Shown piece by piece: positions 21,185 to 30,524 of a DNA stretch of 43,113 bases; positions within the stretch are counted from its first letter, which is position 1, and each line of letters starts with the position of its first letter. The DNA lies in the IMG/VR virus record IMGVR_UViG_3300036774_000031, positions 1 through 43,113 of that record; one strand, written 5' to 3'. The notes beneath the pieces were generated by a model that saw only the letters and a list, made by a program, of their open reading frames with translations, searched no databases and was not told where the DNA came from. This DNA is from a virus. A program made the translations under genes and the position numbers.

Positions 21185-22034
21185 ATTTGGACGAAATTAT
21201 ATTTTAACGGTCGGTGACGAGGATAAAAACCTTGTGACGATTGAGCCGCCTTTTACAATTGAATTTGACATCACGCGTAATACTCTGACATCGGCAAATG
21301 TATGCGAAATAAATATCTACAATCTCAGTTTGGTAAAACGAAATAAACTGAAATTCAATATTTCAAATATGGGAGAATTTAGGCCAGTTGTTCTTTTGGC
21401 TGGATATGGCGATCAGCTCGTTACCATATTCAATGGAAATATTTCTCGCGCCGCATCTTTTCGCCAAGGCGTTAACATGATTACTCAGGTTTCTTGCTTC
21501 GATGGCGGGTTCGCCTTTGTGAATGGAGAAAGCAATCTTCAATTTCCCGCAGGAACTCCGACTAAAGTCGTTATTCAATCTTTGATTGATACACTTCCAC
21601 ATGTCGATAATAAAGGGGTGATCGGAACATATATCGATAAAATTCCACGCAGTGCTTCATATGCGGGAAATACGATCAAGAATTTGAAAGAAATTACCGG
21701 AGGAGGATTCTTCATTGATAACGGCAAGGCCAATGCGCTTAGAACAAATGAGTATATCCAGCAAGATCTGACGCCAAAAATTATAACATCTGATTCTGGC
21801 CTTCTTGCCACGCCGGTATTAGAACAAACCATAATGCATTTCGACATGGTATTTGAACCGCAGCTTGCACCAGGCAATGCCATCATCATGAAAAGCAGCA
21901 CGGTAAATAACTTCAATGGGCTTTACAAAATTACAGGTGTAAAACATAGAGGCATGATCTCTGGTGCTGTTTGCGGGACATTAATTACAACTGGTCAATT
22001 CTTTTTTGACAAATTATTGACGGGTGTTCATTAA
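21177..22034 (+). CDS. Baseplate hub protein (XkdQ / gp27-like)
   Basis: ~285 aa. GTG at 21177 overlaps the previous stop (GTGGATAA). Position between the tape-measure-proximal genes and the spike. The ORF track starts at 21150. Confidence 0.5.
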   Translation: MDKFGRNYILTVGDEDKNLVTIEPPFTIEFDITRNTLTSANVCEINIYNLSLVKRNKLKFNISNMGEFRPVVLLAGYGDQLVTIFNGNISRAASFRQGVNMITQVSCFDGGFAFVNGESNLQFPAGTPTKVVIQSLIDTLPHVDNKGVIGTYIDKIPRSASYAGNTIKNLKEITGGGFFIDNGKANALRTNEYIQQDLTPKIITSDSGLLATPVLEQTIMHFDMVFEPQLAPGNAIIMKSSTVNNFNGLYKITGVKHRGMISGAVCGTLITTGQFFFDKLLTGVH

Positions 22035-22810
22035 TGGCCGATATGCCTCTAAATTTGATACCTAACGATCCATCACTAAAGGATCTGTTGGATCAGTTTG
22101 GCAAGGGTTTGCTCCTAAACTTGAACTGTCATGCTATAGGACAGATCCAGGTTTTCGATCCAGAAACGCAACAGGCAACGGCGACCATTGTTTATAAAAA
22201 GACATTCTTTCAGCCTGACAAACTTACGGGCGAATATCTTCCGACGCTCGTCGACTATCCTATTCTGGTCGATTGTCCTGTCATGTGCCTTGGGGGCGGC
22301 GATGGCGCTCTAACTTTCCCCATTGCACCTGGCGATGAATGCCTTGTCCTATTCAATGATCGCGATATTGATAATTGGTTCAATGGTGCGACGGGTTCTG
22401 GCGTCAATACTCCGCGCCTACATTCCTTCGCTGATGGCATCATCCTGGTCGGCGTGCGGTCTTTGGCCAATGTCATCGTCGATTACAATGCGACGGGGGT
22501 CGAACTTCGAAACAAGCTCGGCAGCGCCAAGATCACGATCGAACCAAATGGTGACATCACTCTGACGACCATTTTTGGATTCTTTACATTCAAGGCTGAC
22601 TCCGACATCCATTTTAATACAGGTACGGTCGAAGGTCTGATCGGCCATGGTGGTCACGTCAAGTTCAAGAATGCTGCCGGCGAATACACGGCCGCCAATC
22701 TTCAGTTATTTACCGACATCCAAACAGGTCTAGATTCGATGGGTTTGCCGCTGACGATGCCGACCTTTGCGACGGATCTCATCATTGCTCAATCGTTTAA
22801 GGAACCGTGA
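22034..22810 (+). CDS. Baseplate central spike (Mu gp45 / gp138 N-domain-like, gpV-type)
   Basis: FPIAPGDECLVLFNDRDIDNWF...PRLHSFADGIILVG is the gpV/gp45 OB-fold signature. Confidence 0.7.
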   Translation: MADMPLNLIPNDPSLKDLLDQFGKGLLLNLNCHAIGQIQVFDPETQQATATIVYKKTFFQPDKLTGEYLPTLVDYPILVDCPVMCLGGGDGALTFPIAPGDECLVLFNDRDIDNWFNGATGSGVNTPRLHSFADGIILVGVRSLANVIVDYNATGVELRNKLGSAKITIEPNGDITLTTIFGFFTFKADSDIHFNTGTVEGLIGHGGHVKFKNAAGEYTAANLQLFTDIQTGLDSMGLPLTMPTFATDLIIAQSFKEP

Positions 22811-22811
22811 T

Positions 22812-23039
22812 ATGGCGCTTAATAATGGCACTGCTGATGCGATGGCGACTGCCTTCTGTGCAGCGCAGGGGATTACCGCCCCTAATGCCATTGCGGCATG
22901 GAAACTGTTCGCCGAGACGTTATACACTCATCTCAAGGCAGACATCGACATTATCATCGCAGCGACATCGATCACGACGAATGGAAGTGCGACGACGCAG
23001 GTTGGACCCCCGGCGCCCATAACGATCAATCCGGCATAG
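22812..23039 (+). CDS. Small baseplate-module protein (75 aa)
   Basis: ATG 22812 with an AAGGAA SD 8 nt upstream, 1 nt after the spike stop. The ORF-track start at 22767 would overlap the spike gene. Confidence 0.5.
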   Translation: MALNNGTADAMATAFCAAQGITAPNAIAAWKLFAETLYTHLKADIDIIIAATSITTNGSATTQVGPPAPITINPA

Positions 23040-23046
23040 GTGATGA

Positions 23047-23403
23047 ATGCGCGTTAGAGCAATCGACAACACGGGCGACTGGCTTTTCGGGAAGGGAGCA
23101 AATGACTACGTCAAGAACAACAACGCCGTCGCGCAGGAGATACAGACTCGACTTGGTGCTTTTCTTGGCGATTGTTTTTTTGACACGAATTCTGGCATAG
23201 ACTGGTTTAATTTCCTGAGCTCTAAAAACCAGATCGGTCTAAACCTTGCCATCACGGCCGTCATTCTCAACACGCCAGGCGTCAGTGGTTTGATCAACCT
23301 GTCGGCATCACTCAATGCGCAGCGCGTGTATACGGTTTCATATCAGGTCCAGACAGCCTATTCGACGATATCGGGAACATTCCAACCGAACATTCCAGGG
23401 TGA
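23047..23403 (+). CDS. Baseplate wedge protein, gpW / T4 gp25-like (XkdS position)
   Basis: 118 aa immediately upstream of the J-like gene. The NAVAQEIQTRLGAFLGDCFFDTNSGIDW pattern is typical of gp25/W-like proteins. Confidence 0.65.
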   Translation: MRVRAIDNTGDWLFGKGANDYVKNNNAVAQEIQTRLGAFLGDCFFDTNSGIDWFNFLSSKNQIGLNLAITAVILNTPGVSGLINLSASLNAQRVYTVSYQVQTAYSTISGTFQPNIPG

Positions 23404-23406
23404 CCC

Positions 23407-25092
23407 ATGCCTAATGCATTGACAGCAGCAGGATTAACGACGTCGACGCGGGCAGAATTAATTGCATTTTACACGGCCGCATTCCAACAGATCTATGGTT
23501 CAGACATCACGTTGACAAGCGATACTCCGGACGGACAGATGATGAACATCTTTGTCCAGTCAGTTCTCGATGTCGAAGATCTGCTGATGCAGGTCTACAA
23601 TATGTTCGATCCAGACAATGCTATTGGGGTCGTCCTTGATCAACGTGTGGCGATCAATGGCATCCAAAGGCAGGCTGGTACCTATACGGTGACGCCAGTT
23701 ACAATCGTCAACTCAGCTTCAGTCAATCTTTACGGTTTGGATCAGACGGTAAAACCCCCATATACCGTCGCAGACAATGCCGGCAATAGGTGGGTTCTTC
23801 AGACGACTCAGCTCGGACTCGCGGCCGGCACGCATTCATTCAACTTCCAGGCGGCGCAGATCGGCGCGCAGCTCACGATCCCTAATACGATCAATGTCCC
23901 TGTGACGGTCGTTCTTGGCGTGACGTCGATCAACAATCCCACGACTTATCTGACGCTTGGCATCAATGAAGAATCTGACGCCAACCTGAAGCTGCGCCGG
24001 CAGAAGTCCGTATCGCTTTCGTCCCAAGGATATCTTGCCGGCCTTCTTGCGGCGCTCGAGAATATCAACGGCGTTACCTCAGCCTTTGTCTATGAGAATC
24101 TGACGAACGTCACTAACGGGGATGGCGTTCCAGGGCACTCGATCTGGGTCATTGTTGCCGGCACCGGATCGGCATCTGACATTGCTGATGCGATCTATAC
24201 GAAACGTAATGCCGGATGCGGCATGTTTGGTTCCACATCATTTACGGTGATCCAAGTCGACGGCAGTCCATTCACCCTTTATTGGGATATCGTCGCCGGA
24301 CAGAATCTCTTCATGCAATTCCAGGTCACGCCTATCGATGGGGTTACGCCGCCAAACATCGCGGCAATCAGATCCGGTTTGGCGACTAATTTCAATCCAG
24401 GCGTTTATCAGGAGGTCAATATCAATGAGTTGGCAACCTTGGTGCAGTCATATGATCCCAATACGCTCGTCACGAATGCGGGATTCAGCTTGGTGCTGTC
24501 GCAGACATTGAATCTATCCGGTCTGGCGGCCAGCGGCGGATTCGTCGCCAACTATGGCGGTAATGCCTCGGCGGTGATCAACTGGAACGATTCGACGCCG
24601 ACGATACAAACAAAGATCCAGGCTATCCCCGGTCTTAGTGCTGCGACGGTTTCAGGATCGATTGCCTCGCAAACATTGACGATCGCATTAGTTGGGGTGA
24701 CAAGTGCTGTCAGTCTTATCACGGTCACCGCCAATACGCTCCTGACATCGCTGGCTGCGCCGATTCTGTTTTCATTTGTGCAGACCTATTCCAACATCCT
24801 TCTGCCATCGACAAAGAAAAATCAATTCCTAGTTGCGGCACCAGATATCATCATCTTGCCAATGCAGATCTTGCCAGCTGCATTTACGGTTCTTCATGCC
24901 ACGACGGCGCAATATTCTCAGCTTGGCGGTTACGGCGTGATGACCTACTCGATTGCCATCAACAATTCTGGCGGCACGATCAACCCGACGACAGGTTTAT
25001 ATACGGCAGGAGGAACGTTCCCAGTCATCGATACTATTCAAGTCACGGATGCGCTCGGTAACTTCATTCAAACGACTGTGAGCGTTACATGA
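23407..25092 (+). CDS. Baseplate J-like protein with C-terminal extension
   Basis: N-terminal RAELIAFYTAAFQQIYGSDITLTSDTPDGQMMNIF... is the Baseplate_J pattern. 561 aa. The extension contains a module shared with the next gene and an Ig-like end. Confidence 0.8.
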   Translation: MPNALTAAGLTTSTRAELIAFYTAAFQQIYGSDITLTSDTPDGQMMNIFVQSVLDVEDLLMQVYNMFDPDNAIGVVLDQRVAINGIQRQAGTYTVTPVTIVNSASVNLYGLDQTVKPPYTVADNAGNRWVLQTTQLGLAAGTHSFNFQAAQIGAQLTIPNTINVPVTVVLGVTSINNPTTYLTLGINEESDANLKLRRQKSVSLSSQGYLAGLLAALENINGVTSAFVYENLTNVTNGDGVPGHSIWVIVAGTGSASDIADAIYTKRNAGCGMFGSTSFTVIQVDGSPFTLYWDIVAGQNLFMQFQVTPIDGVTPPNIAAIRSGLATNFNPGVYQEVNINELATLVQSYDPNTLVTNAGFSLVLSQTLNLSGLAASGGFVANYGGNASAVINWNDSTPTIQTKIQAIPGLSAATVSGSIASQTLTIALVGVTSAVSLITVTANTLLTSLAAPILFSFVQTYSNILLPSTKKNQFLVAAPDIIILPMQILPAAFTVLHATTAQYSQLGGYGVMTYSIAINNSGGTINPTTGLYTAGGTFPVIDTIQVTDALGNFIQTTVSVT

Positions 25093-26024
25093 CCACGACG
25101 ACACAGGGGATCATCGACTATTATCCGAGTTTACTGATCATTCAGTATATCGGAAAAGCCCGCGCCAATGCCATGATGCGTGCCCTGGCGACCCCTGTCG
25201 TGATGCCGCAAACCACTGTGCAGACGATATCGTTCGCCTTGGCACCGACATCGGGATCATTCGTCGTGTCGTGGCTTGGCAATCCATCGGCCGCCATCAA
25301 TTGGAATGATAGCGCCCTGACGATCCAAGGCAAGATTCAGGCGATCCCCGGCCTATCGACGGCGACAGTCACGGGCGGCATTGCTGGTCTATCCCTATCG
25401 GTGACGTTCGCGGGGGTCACGCCGCCAGCGTCATTACTCGTCCTAGTATCGAGCAGTCTGCTTGCGACCGCTACGCCAGTTATCCCGACCATCGATGAAG
25501 TCGACGATACCCTGCCTCTGGCCATTCAGAATGACTTCAATCTCATCGGTCCGGACCCTGCCATTGGGGTCCAGCTCGATATCATCGGTAAATATGTCGG
25601 CGTCACGCGCAGTGGTAACGGCATCACTGGTTTGCCAATCACGCTTGATGATGCTGATTTCCTTTCTCTGATCCAAATGGCAATCATCCAGAATAATTCG
25701 GGAAGCTCGCTTGCAGAAATCCAAAGACATATTCATGGATTCTTTGGAAACAATGTTTTGGTGTTTGACTATACAACGATGAGTATGAGTTACTTCATCT
25801 CAAATACCGTCGGATCATTCGATATGCTTCAGCTTTTCGTTACCGAGAATCTGTTGCCGCGGCCGATGACAGTTTTGATTTCTGTGTTCTATTCTCCGGT
25901 GATCAACAATTTCTTTGGATTCAGGACTTATATCGCGCCAGCGGCCAATTCGTCGCCATTCAATAATTACACAACGCCTCAAATTTATGCATGGATCTCA
26001 TACGCCAATCTGATTTTCTACTAA
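25089..26024 (+). CDS. Baseplate wedge protein (gpI / DUF2612-like, XkdU position)
   Basis: ATGA overlap with J. N-terminal YYPSLLIIQYIGKARANAMM resembles DUF2612. Confidence 0.55.
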   Translation: MTTTTQGIIDYYPSLLIIQYIGKARANAMMRALATPVVMPQTTVQTISFALAPTSGSFVVSWLGNPSAAINWNDSALTIQGKIQAIPGLSTATVTGGIAGLSLSVTFAGVTPPASLLVLVSSSLLATATPVIPTIDEVDDTLPLAIQNDFNLIGPDPAIGVQLDIIGKYVGVTRSGNGITGLPITLDDADFLSLIQMAIIQNNSGSSLAEIQRHIHGFFGNNVLVFDYTTMSMSYFISNTVGSFDMLQLFVTENLLPRPMTVLISVFYSPVINNFFGFRTYIAPAANSSPFNNYTTPQIYAWISYANLIFY

Positions 26025-26039
26025 CCGCTGAGGGACATC

Positions 26040-26630
26040 ATGGCCAAGATAGTTCGTAAAACACAAAAGATTTTCGCTAGCACGCCTGGCACAAATCAGA
26101 TTGCACAGGTCGGCAGTTTGGCGGCCGGCACGCCGACATTTTCGACCGATCCCGACGTGATCCAACAACTCACAAACTTCCTGCAAGGATGGTTCGCCTG
26201 CGTGGTCGGCGCCAATAGTCCGGCCATCGAGGATATGAACGCCCTGCAATTCCTTTTTTCGCGTCAAATCGCATATCTGATGCAGGAAGGCGTTGCCGAA
26301 TGGGACGCCGGCACGACGTATTACATCGGCAGTTTGGTTCAAGATAGCAATGGCCTGGTGTATTGTTCCGTGGCGAACAACAACACCAACAACGCGCTGG
26401 CGACTGCCGGATTCTGGTCGCCGGCATTCGGACGCGCGACATCAACACCAGCACCGCTTGGCGCGACAGTTGTAACTGGCGAATCGTTGATGATCCCCAA
26501 TCTGTCGCTCGGATCGACACAGAACTATGCGGTGCAGGCCGGCGCATCACTTATCAGTTTCAACAGCTTGACGGTTGCGTCGGGCGGATCACTAACAGTC
26601 GCCCCAGGCGGGCAAGCGAGGGTTATTTAA
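26040..26630 (+). CDS. Tail fibre protein
   Basis: KIFASTPG.NQIAQVGSLAAGTPTFSTDPDVIQQL.NFLQGW...PAIEDMNALQFL...YLMQEGVAEWDAGTTYYIGSLV is a pattern I recognise from short tail-fibre proteins of related myophages. Confidence 0.65.
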   Translation: MAKIVRKTQKIFASTPGTNQIAQVGSLAAGTPTFSTDPDVIQQLTNFLQGWFACVVGANSPAIEDMNALQFLFSRQIAYLMQEGVAEWDAGTTYYIGSLVQDSNGLVYCSVANNNTNNALATAGFWSPAFGRATSTPAPLGATVVTGESLMIPNLSLGSTQNYAVQAGASLISFNSLTVASGGSLTVAPGGQARVI

Positions 26631-27416
26631 ATGGCAGAATTACAAGGCGACAACATCACAAATTCGGCGGGGACGGGCGCCCCAAAATTCCCATTCGGCG
26701 TCGTTACGCCGGCAAACATGCGAGCGCCTGAGGGCGGCGGCACCGTCGTACTCTCGTCTGCAGACAATACGTCGCAGGTGTTCGATCTCACAGCAAATGA
26801 GATCGTCAAGTTGCCATCGACTGGTGTGGCCGCAGGAGAAGTTTTTTATTTAGAAAACATTAACCCAAGTTCAACACTCACCCCACTAACATTGACTGTG
26901 CAAGCAGCGGACGCTTCAATTATTGATCACATTGATAAAGGACATATATATCTGATGGCTTTGTCTGCCAACCCAGGAACAGCATCAGCGTGGAGAATAC
27001 TTGACCTATATAGTTTTTTTGTTTTTGAAACCACGCTGACATTTAACAACGGCGGGTCACCGGGTCCCCTGCGAAGTTTCCTAGTATCAAGACATGACCG
27101 AGAAGTCACCATGACCGTTGGGACTACAGCGATGACGGGGACGGCGGGCACTGGGTCAACCACATTGCAAGCTGACGCAGCCTTGCCCGCCTATTATCAG
27201 GCGGCTTTTGCGGGCCCCGCAATGCTTGTGGCCGTACAAGATGGTGCAGCCCAACTTGCTCAAGTAGCTAATCCAGGACTATTCAGGATTGAGACTGGGA
27301 CAATAGCCCTATTCAGGGACCCTGCGCTGAGTACGACGTGGCCAAACGGTGCTCTTGTGGCAGGGATGAGCAATTATGCTGCTGATGCCTACACAATTTC
27401 CTACAACTTGGGTTGA
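26631..27416 (+). CDS. Second tail fibre / receptor-binding component
   Basis: ATG directly abuts the previous TAA. 261 aa, beta-rich. Last gene of the tail module. Confidence 0.5.
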   Translation: MAELQGDNITNSAGTGAPKFPFGVVTPANMRAPEGGGTVVLSSADNTSQVFDLTANEIVKLPSTGVAAGEVFYLENINPSSTLTPLTLTVQAADASIIDHIDKGHIYLMALSANPGTASAWRILDLYSFFVFETTLTFNNGGSPGPLRSFLVSRHDREVTMTVGTTAMTGTAGTGSTTLQADAALPAYYQAAFAGPAMLVAVQDGAAQLAQVANPGLFRIETGTIALFRDPALSTTWPNGALVAGMSNYAADAYTISYNLG

Positions 27417-27471
27417 GATCTGGTCCGTGCTATCATGTCAATAGCCTTTCACCATATTAAGGGGATTTACG

Positions 27472-27834
27472 ATGTTCAACGGTTGGATTTTGACCATGGT
27501 TATTTCTTTCGTGATCAAGCAAGTTTCGCATTTTGGCGGCGCGACCGACTGGGTCAAGGTCAAGGCTGATTTCGATGCCCGCATCAAGTCCATCGTGCAC
27601 CTTGGTTTCTTCAGCGACGAGCTGTCAAACCTTGCGAACCTGATGATCGACGGCGTGGCGGCGGCGCTACAAGACACGGCCGATATGAGTACGATCGTCG
27701 GATTGGCGGCGGCGCAGAATTGGTCCGGTGCCTTGGCGGCACTCAAATCCATGGTGTTGGCACAGTGGCAGCCAACATCACCCGAGGGACAGGCGGTTAT
27801 CGCCGAACTTCAAAAATTATCAATCCCGTCTTAA
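27472..27834 (+). CDS. N-terminally membrane-anchored protein (possible holin or lysis accessory)
   Basis: AAGGGGA SD. WILTMVISFVIKQV is a hydrophobic segment. First gene of the lysis-region cluster. The function is inference only. Confidence 0.4.
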   Translation: MFNGWILTMVISFVIKQVSHFGGATDWVKVKADFDARIKSIVHLGFFSDELSNLANLMIDGVAAALQDTADMSTIVGLAAAQNWSGALAALKSMVLAQWQPTSPEGQAVIAELQKLSIPS

Positions 27835-27848
27835 TCCTCCGTGGGGCG

Positions 27849-27889
27849 GGCACCTCGGCAGCGATGTCGGGGTGCCATTTTTATTGAAA
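27849..27889 (+). terminator. Weak candidate intrinsic terminator
   Basis: GGCACC (27849-54) pairs with GGTGCC (27871-76) across a 16-nt loop, followed by ATTTTTATT. The stem is short. Confidence 0.3.
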
Positions 27890-27902
27890 GGGGTTCCAGA
27901 TC

Positions 27903-29747
27903 ATGCCCGACAAAAAGCACCTTAAGAAAGAACTTTTTGCACTATTCTGGATCGCCTTCATCCTTGGCGCCATGTTGGCCTTGGGGGTGTTCCTAGTCCA
28001 GTCGTGCGGTTCGCCGAAGTCCGGCGGTGCTCCGGCCGCTCCGGCACCGACATGCGACGGTGGGTCGCCTATCGCGACGATCCGCCAATTGCCATGTCCG
28101 CCGAATCAAACGGGCGCTATCACGCAGATATGCACCGAACAGAATTGGCAGCAGTCGGCCAATACGTGCGCCGCGGTGCCGCCGCCCCCACCCGTTTGTC
28201 CGAAAACGGTGTTCACGGACATTGCGCCGATCCTGTCGACGCATTGTGCCAAATGCCATGCCGGGATCGATACTTATGCCGGCGCCAGCCAGGGAACTCG
28301 TCCTGCGGAGATCTCGAGGCGGATCGGTCTGCCTGTTGCGAACAATGACCATATGCCGGTTGGAACCGAAAATCCATTGGCGCCAGCCGACGGCCAATTG
28401 ATTCAAAAATGGGTGAGCGATGGCACGCTTAAAGATTGCACGGGGGCGACTCCGCTGCCAACGCATATCACGGTTCCGTATCTCGAGGATGCCATCGAGG
28501 CCGATTTACTCTTGCAGGCAGTTAGTGACCGACCGTTCATTGAATACCTATCAACAGCTCACGCCTTCAATGCTGGCGATAAAGGGCCTTGGCGCGAGGC
28601 GATTGATAAGGGCATCAACTCGCTGAATGCCACGAAGGATGACATTTTCCACGTTGAACCGATTGACTTGGCGCAGACTATATGGCGTCTTGACGTGCGG
28701 TCTATTGGCTTGAATCAGGCCGATCTGGCAGCCATCGATGCCGCGGACGGGATCAACCTCATCTCGAATACGACGAAAGGTCTGATCATCCGCGCTCTGT
28801 CCGGCAAACGAAAGCCGTGGTATCCAGCCGATACGTTCTTAGATATCGCCTATCGGAACAGCCAGATCTATTATCGGCTGCTTAGAATTCCCGCGACCTT
28901 TGTGCAATTTCTGAACTCGATCGGCGTCAACCAAGTCAGGTCCTTGGCGCAGCTTGACAGCCAGTTCATTGGCGGTGCGAGCTCGCCAATTGCCGAACAG
29001 AAGAACCGTTTGATCTGGCGTTTTACCGAGGACCGCACGCAGCAGGCATATTACTGGCAGACAGGTGACATCAATGGCCAGCCATCGGCCGCCAAGAACC
29101 TGTTTCAAAATCCTTTGCTTAATGGCACTGGCGGGGTCGAGATCTATCAGTTTGACGCCAGCGAGATGATCTACTCGCTGCCCAACGGTCTGCAGGGATA
29201 TGCCATCTTCAGCGGCGCCGGCAATCGTCTGGATGCCGCCCCACCCGATGTCGTCCGTGATACGCGCAGTCCCATTACATCAGTGATCTCTTTATTCTCA
29301 TGTTCAGGATGCCATCAGCAAGGTTTGATCCCGATGATCGACGAGGTCCGCGTCCACGTCATCGCCAATGCAGCGCAGTTCAATGCCAACGATGTTGAGC
29401 TCGTCAAGAAATTATACCTTCAGGACAATAGTCAAATATTCAAACGCGATAACCGCATCTTTGGATCGGCGCTGGCCAAGATCAATGTTGATCCAAACAA
29501 GCCAGATCCCCAAGCCATCATCAGCGACAGGTATCTTCTTAACTGGGACTTGAACAAGGTCGCCAGCTTCCTGCTGTTGACGCCCGCCGAGGGTCGGGCA
29601 TGCATCAACCAATCTGCAACCGGCAAACGCGACATGGGTCAATTGCTGCTGTCTGATACGGCCGTCGTGACCTTTGCGACGTTTCAATCCGTGCTGCCTG
29701 CCTTAATTGCCGACTGTCGTCTGTTTCAGGATCCTGTTGGCCAATAA
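27903..29747 (+). CDS. Secreted/lipid-anchored protein with two CXXCH haem-binding motifs (Planctomycete-type cytochrome c-like domain plus a large C-terminal domain)
   Basis: K-rich n-region, a 22-aa hydrophobic core, then VQSC. FTDIAPILSTHCAKCHAG (CAKCH at 28245-28259) ... NNDHMP ... LIQKWVSDG matches my memory of PSCyt1-type domains. A second CSGCH lies at 29301-29315. Confidence 0.55.
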   Translation: MPDKKHLKKELFALFWIAFILGAMLALGVFLVQSCGSPKSGGAPAAPAPTCDGGSPIATIRQLPCPPNQTGAITQICTEQNWQQSANTCAAVPPPPPVCPKTVFTDIAPILSTHCAKCHAGIDTYAGASQGTRPAEISRRIGLPVANNDHMPVGTENPLAPADGQLIQKWVSDGTLKDCTGATPLPTHITVPYLEDAIEADLLLQAVSDRPFIEYLSTAHAFNAGDKGPWREAIDKGINSLNATKDDIFHVEPIDLAQTIWRLDVRSIGLNQADLAAIDAADGINLISNTTKGLIIRALSGKRKPWYPADTFLDIAYRNSQIYYRLLRIPATFVQFLNSIGVNQVRSLAQLDSQFIGGASSPIAEQKNRLIWRFTEDRTQQAYYWQTGDINGQPSAAKNLFQNPLLNGTGGVEIYQFDASEMIYSLPNGLQGYAIFSGAGNRLDAAPPDVVRDTRSPITSVISLFSCSGCHQQGLIPMIDEVRVHVIANAAQFNANDVELVKKLYLQDNSQIFKRDNRIFGSALAKINVDPNKPDPQAIISDRYLLNWDLNKVASFLLLTPAEGRACINQSATGKRDMGQLLLSDTAVVTFATFQSVLPALIADCRLFQDPVGQ

Positions 29748-29771
29748 CAGATACCTAAAGGAGATGAATCC

Positions 29772-30245
29772 ATGGCGCCGACGTTCATTCGCGACGGGGA
29801 CATCACTCACCTTTATCCGCCATTTACACAGGCAGTGCGCGATGCCCTAATGACGCTGAGCGCCACAGGATTCGACATCTTTGTGTTCGAGGGTCTCAGG
29901 TCCTTCGATCAGCAGGCATTGCGGTATGCCCAAGGCCGGACGACGCCAGGATCCATCATCACGCGCGCCAGACCGGGATATTCGTGGCATCAATATGGCT
30001 GCGCCGTTGACCTGGTATTTGGCGGCGACGGCAAATGGTCGTGGTCTGGGAATTATGACGGGGTTGAGCGCATCATGCGCGTCAAAGGATTCGAGTCGCT
30101 GTCGTTCGAGCGCCCGCATTTTCAGATGACGTTCGGCCTGGACATTGACGAGGCGTTCACGCTCAATGCATCTGGCGGTCTGCCGGCCGTCTGGGGTCGT
30201 CTGGATCAACTACGGCGAGGACCTAAGGCGACGCCGTTGACCTGA
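29772..30245 (+). CDS. Endolysin, peptidase M15 (VanY / L-Ala-D-Glu peptidase type)
   Basis: GLRSFDQQ...YSWHQYGCAVDL...ERPHFQM matches the zinc-ligand pattern of M15 peptidases. AAAGGAG SD. Confidence 0.8.
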   Translation: MAPTFIRDGDITHLYPPFTQAVRDALMTLSATGFDIFVFEGLRSFDQQALRYAQGRTTPGSIITRARPGYSWHQYGCAVDLVFGGDGKWSWSGNYDGVERIMRVKGFESLSFERPHFQMTFGLDIDEAFTLNASGGLPAVWGRLDQLRRGPKATPLT

Positions 30246-30251
30246 TATTAG

Positions 30252-30524
30252 TCATTTCCCGCCCTTAATCTTGGCGAGGGCGGCGCGGGCTATCTCACCA
30301 TCTGATTCAGAACATTGTTCATATCCGTAATAGTTGAGCGCCTCCACGGCCACCGCCAGTCGGGCTTCTGCCTTTGCGAGTTTGGCGCACTCGGCAAATA
30401 ATGGCGCGAGTATTTCATTGATTGCTGCGGCATCTATGCGGCAATTGGCGATAACATCGCGTGTGTGTTTTGTATGGGCTAAGGCATTGATGATGCGCTC
30501 TGCGTAACTAAGAGTTACCTTCAT
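30252..30524 (-). CDS. Hypothetical helical protein (90 aa), last gene of the leftward operon
   Basis: ORF with a GGGGGCGGGG SD-like stretch upstream. Convergent with the endolysin, 6 nt apart. Confidence 0.55.
   Translation of the reverse strand: MKVTLSYAERIINALAHTKHTRDVIANCRIDAAAINEILAPLFAECAKLAKAEARLAVAVEALNYYGYEQCSESDGEIARAALAKIKGGK

Noticed and set aside
27412-27446. Sigma70-like promoter (TTGGGT-17nt-TATCAT) upstream of the 27472 gene
   Set aside because: This is a single weak match found by eye in a region overlapping the fibre gene's end. It is not distinguishable from chance without a promoter model.
30259-30283. 7-bp inverted repeat (CCGCCCT / AGGGCGG) at the convergent junction of the endolysin and the leftward operon, as a bidirectional terminator
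   Set aside because: It lies inside the coding sequence of the 30252-30524 gene and lacks a U-tract in either direction.
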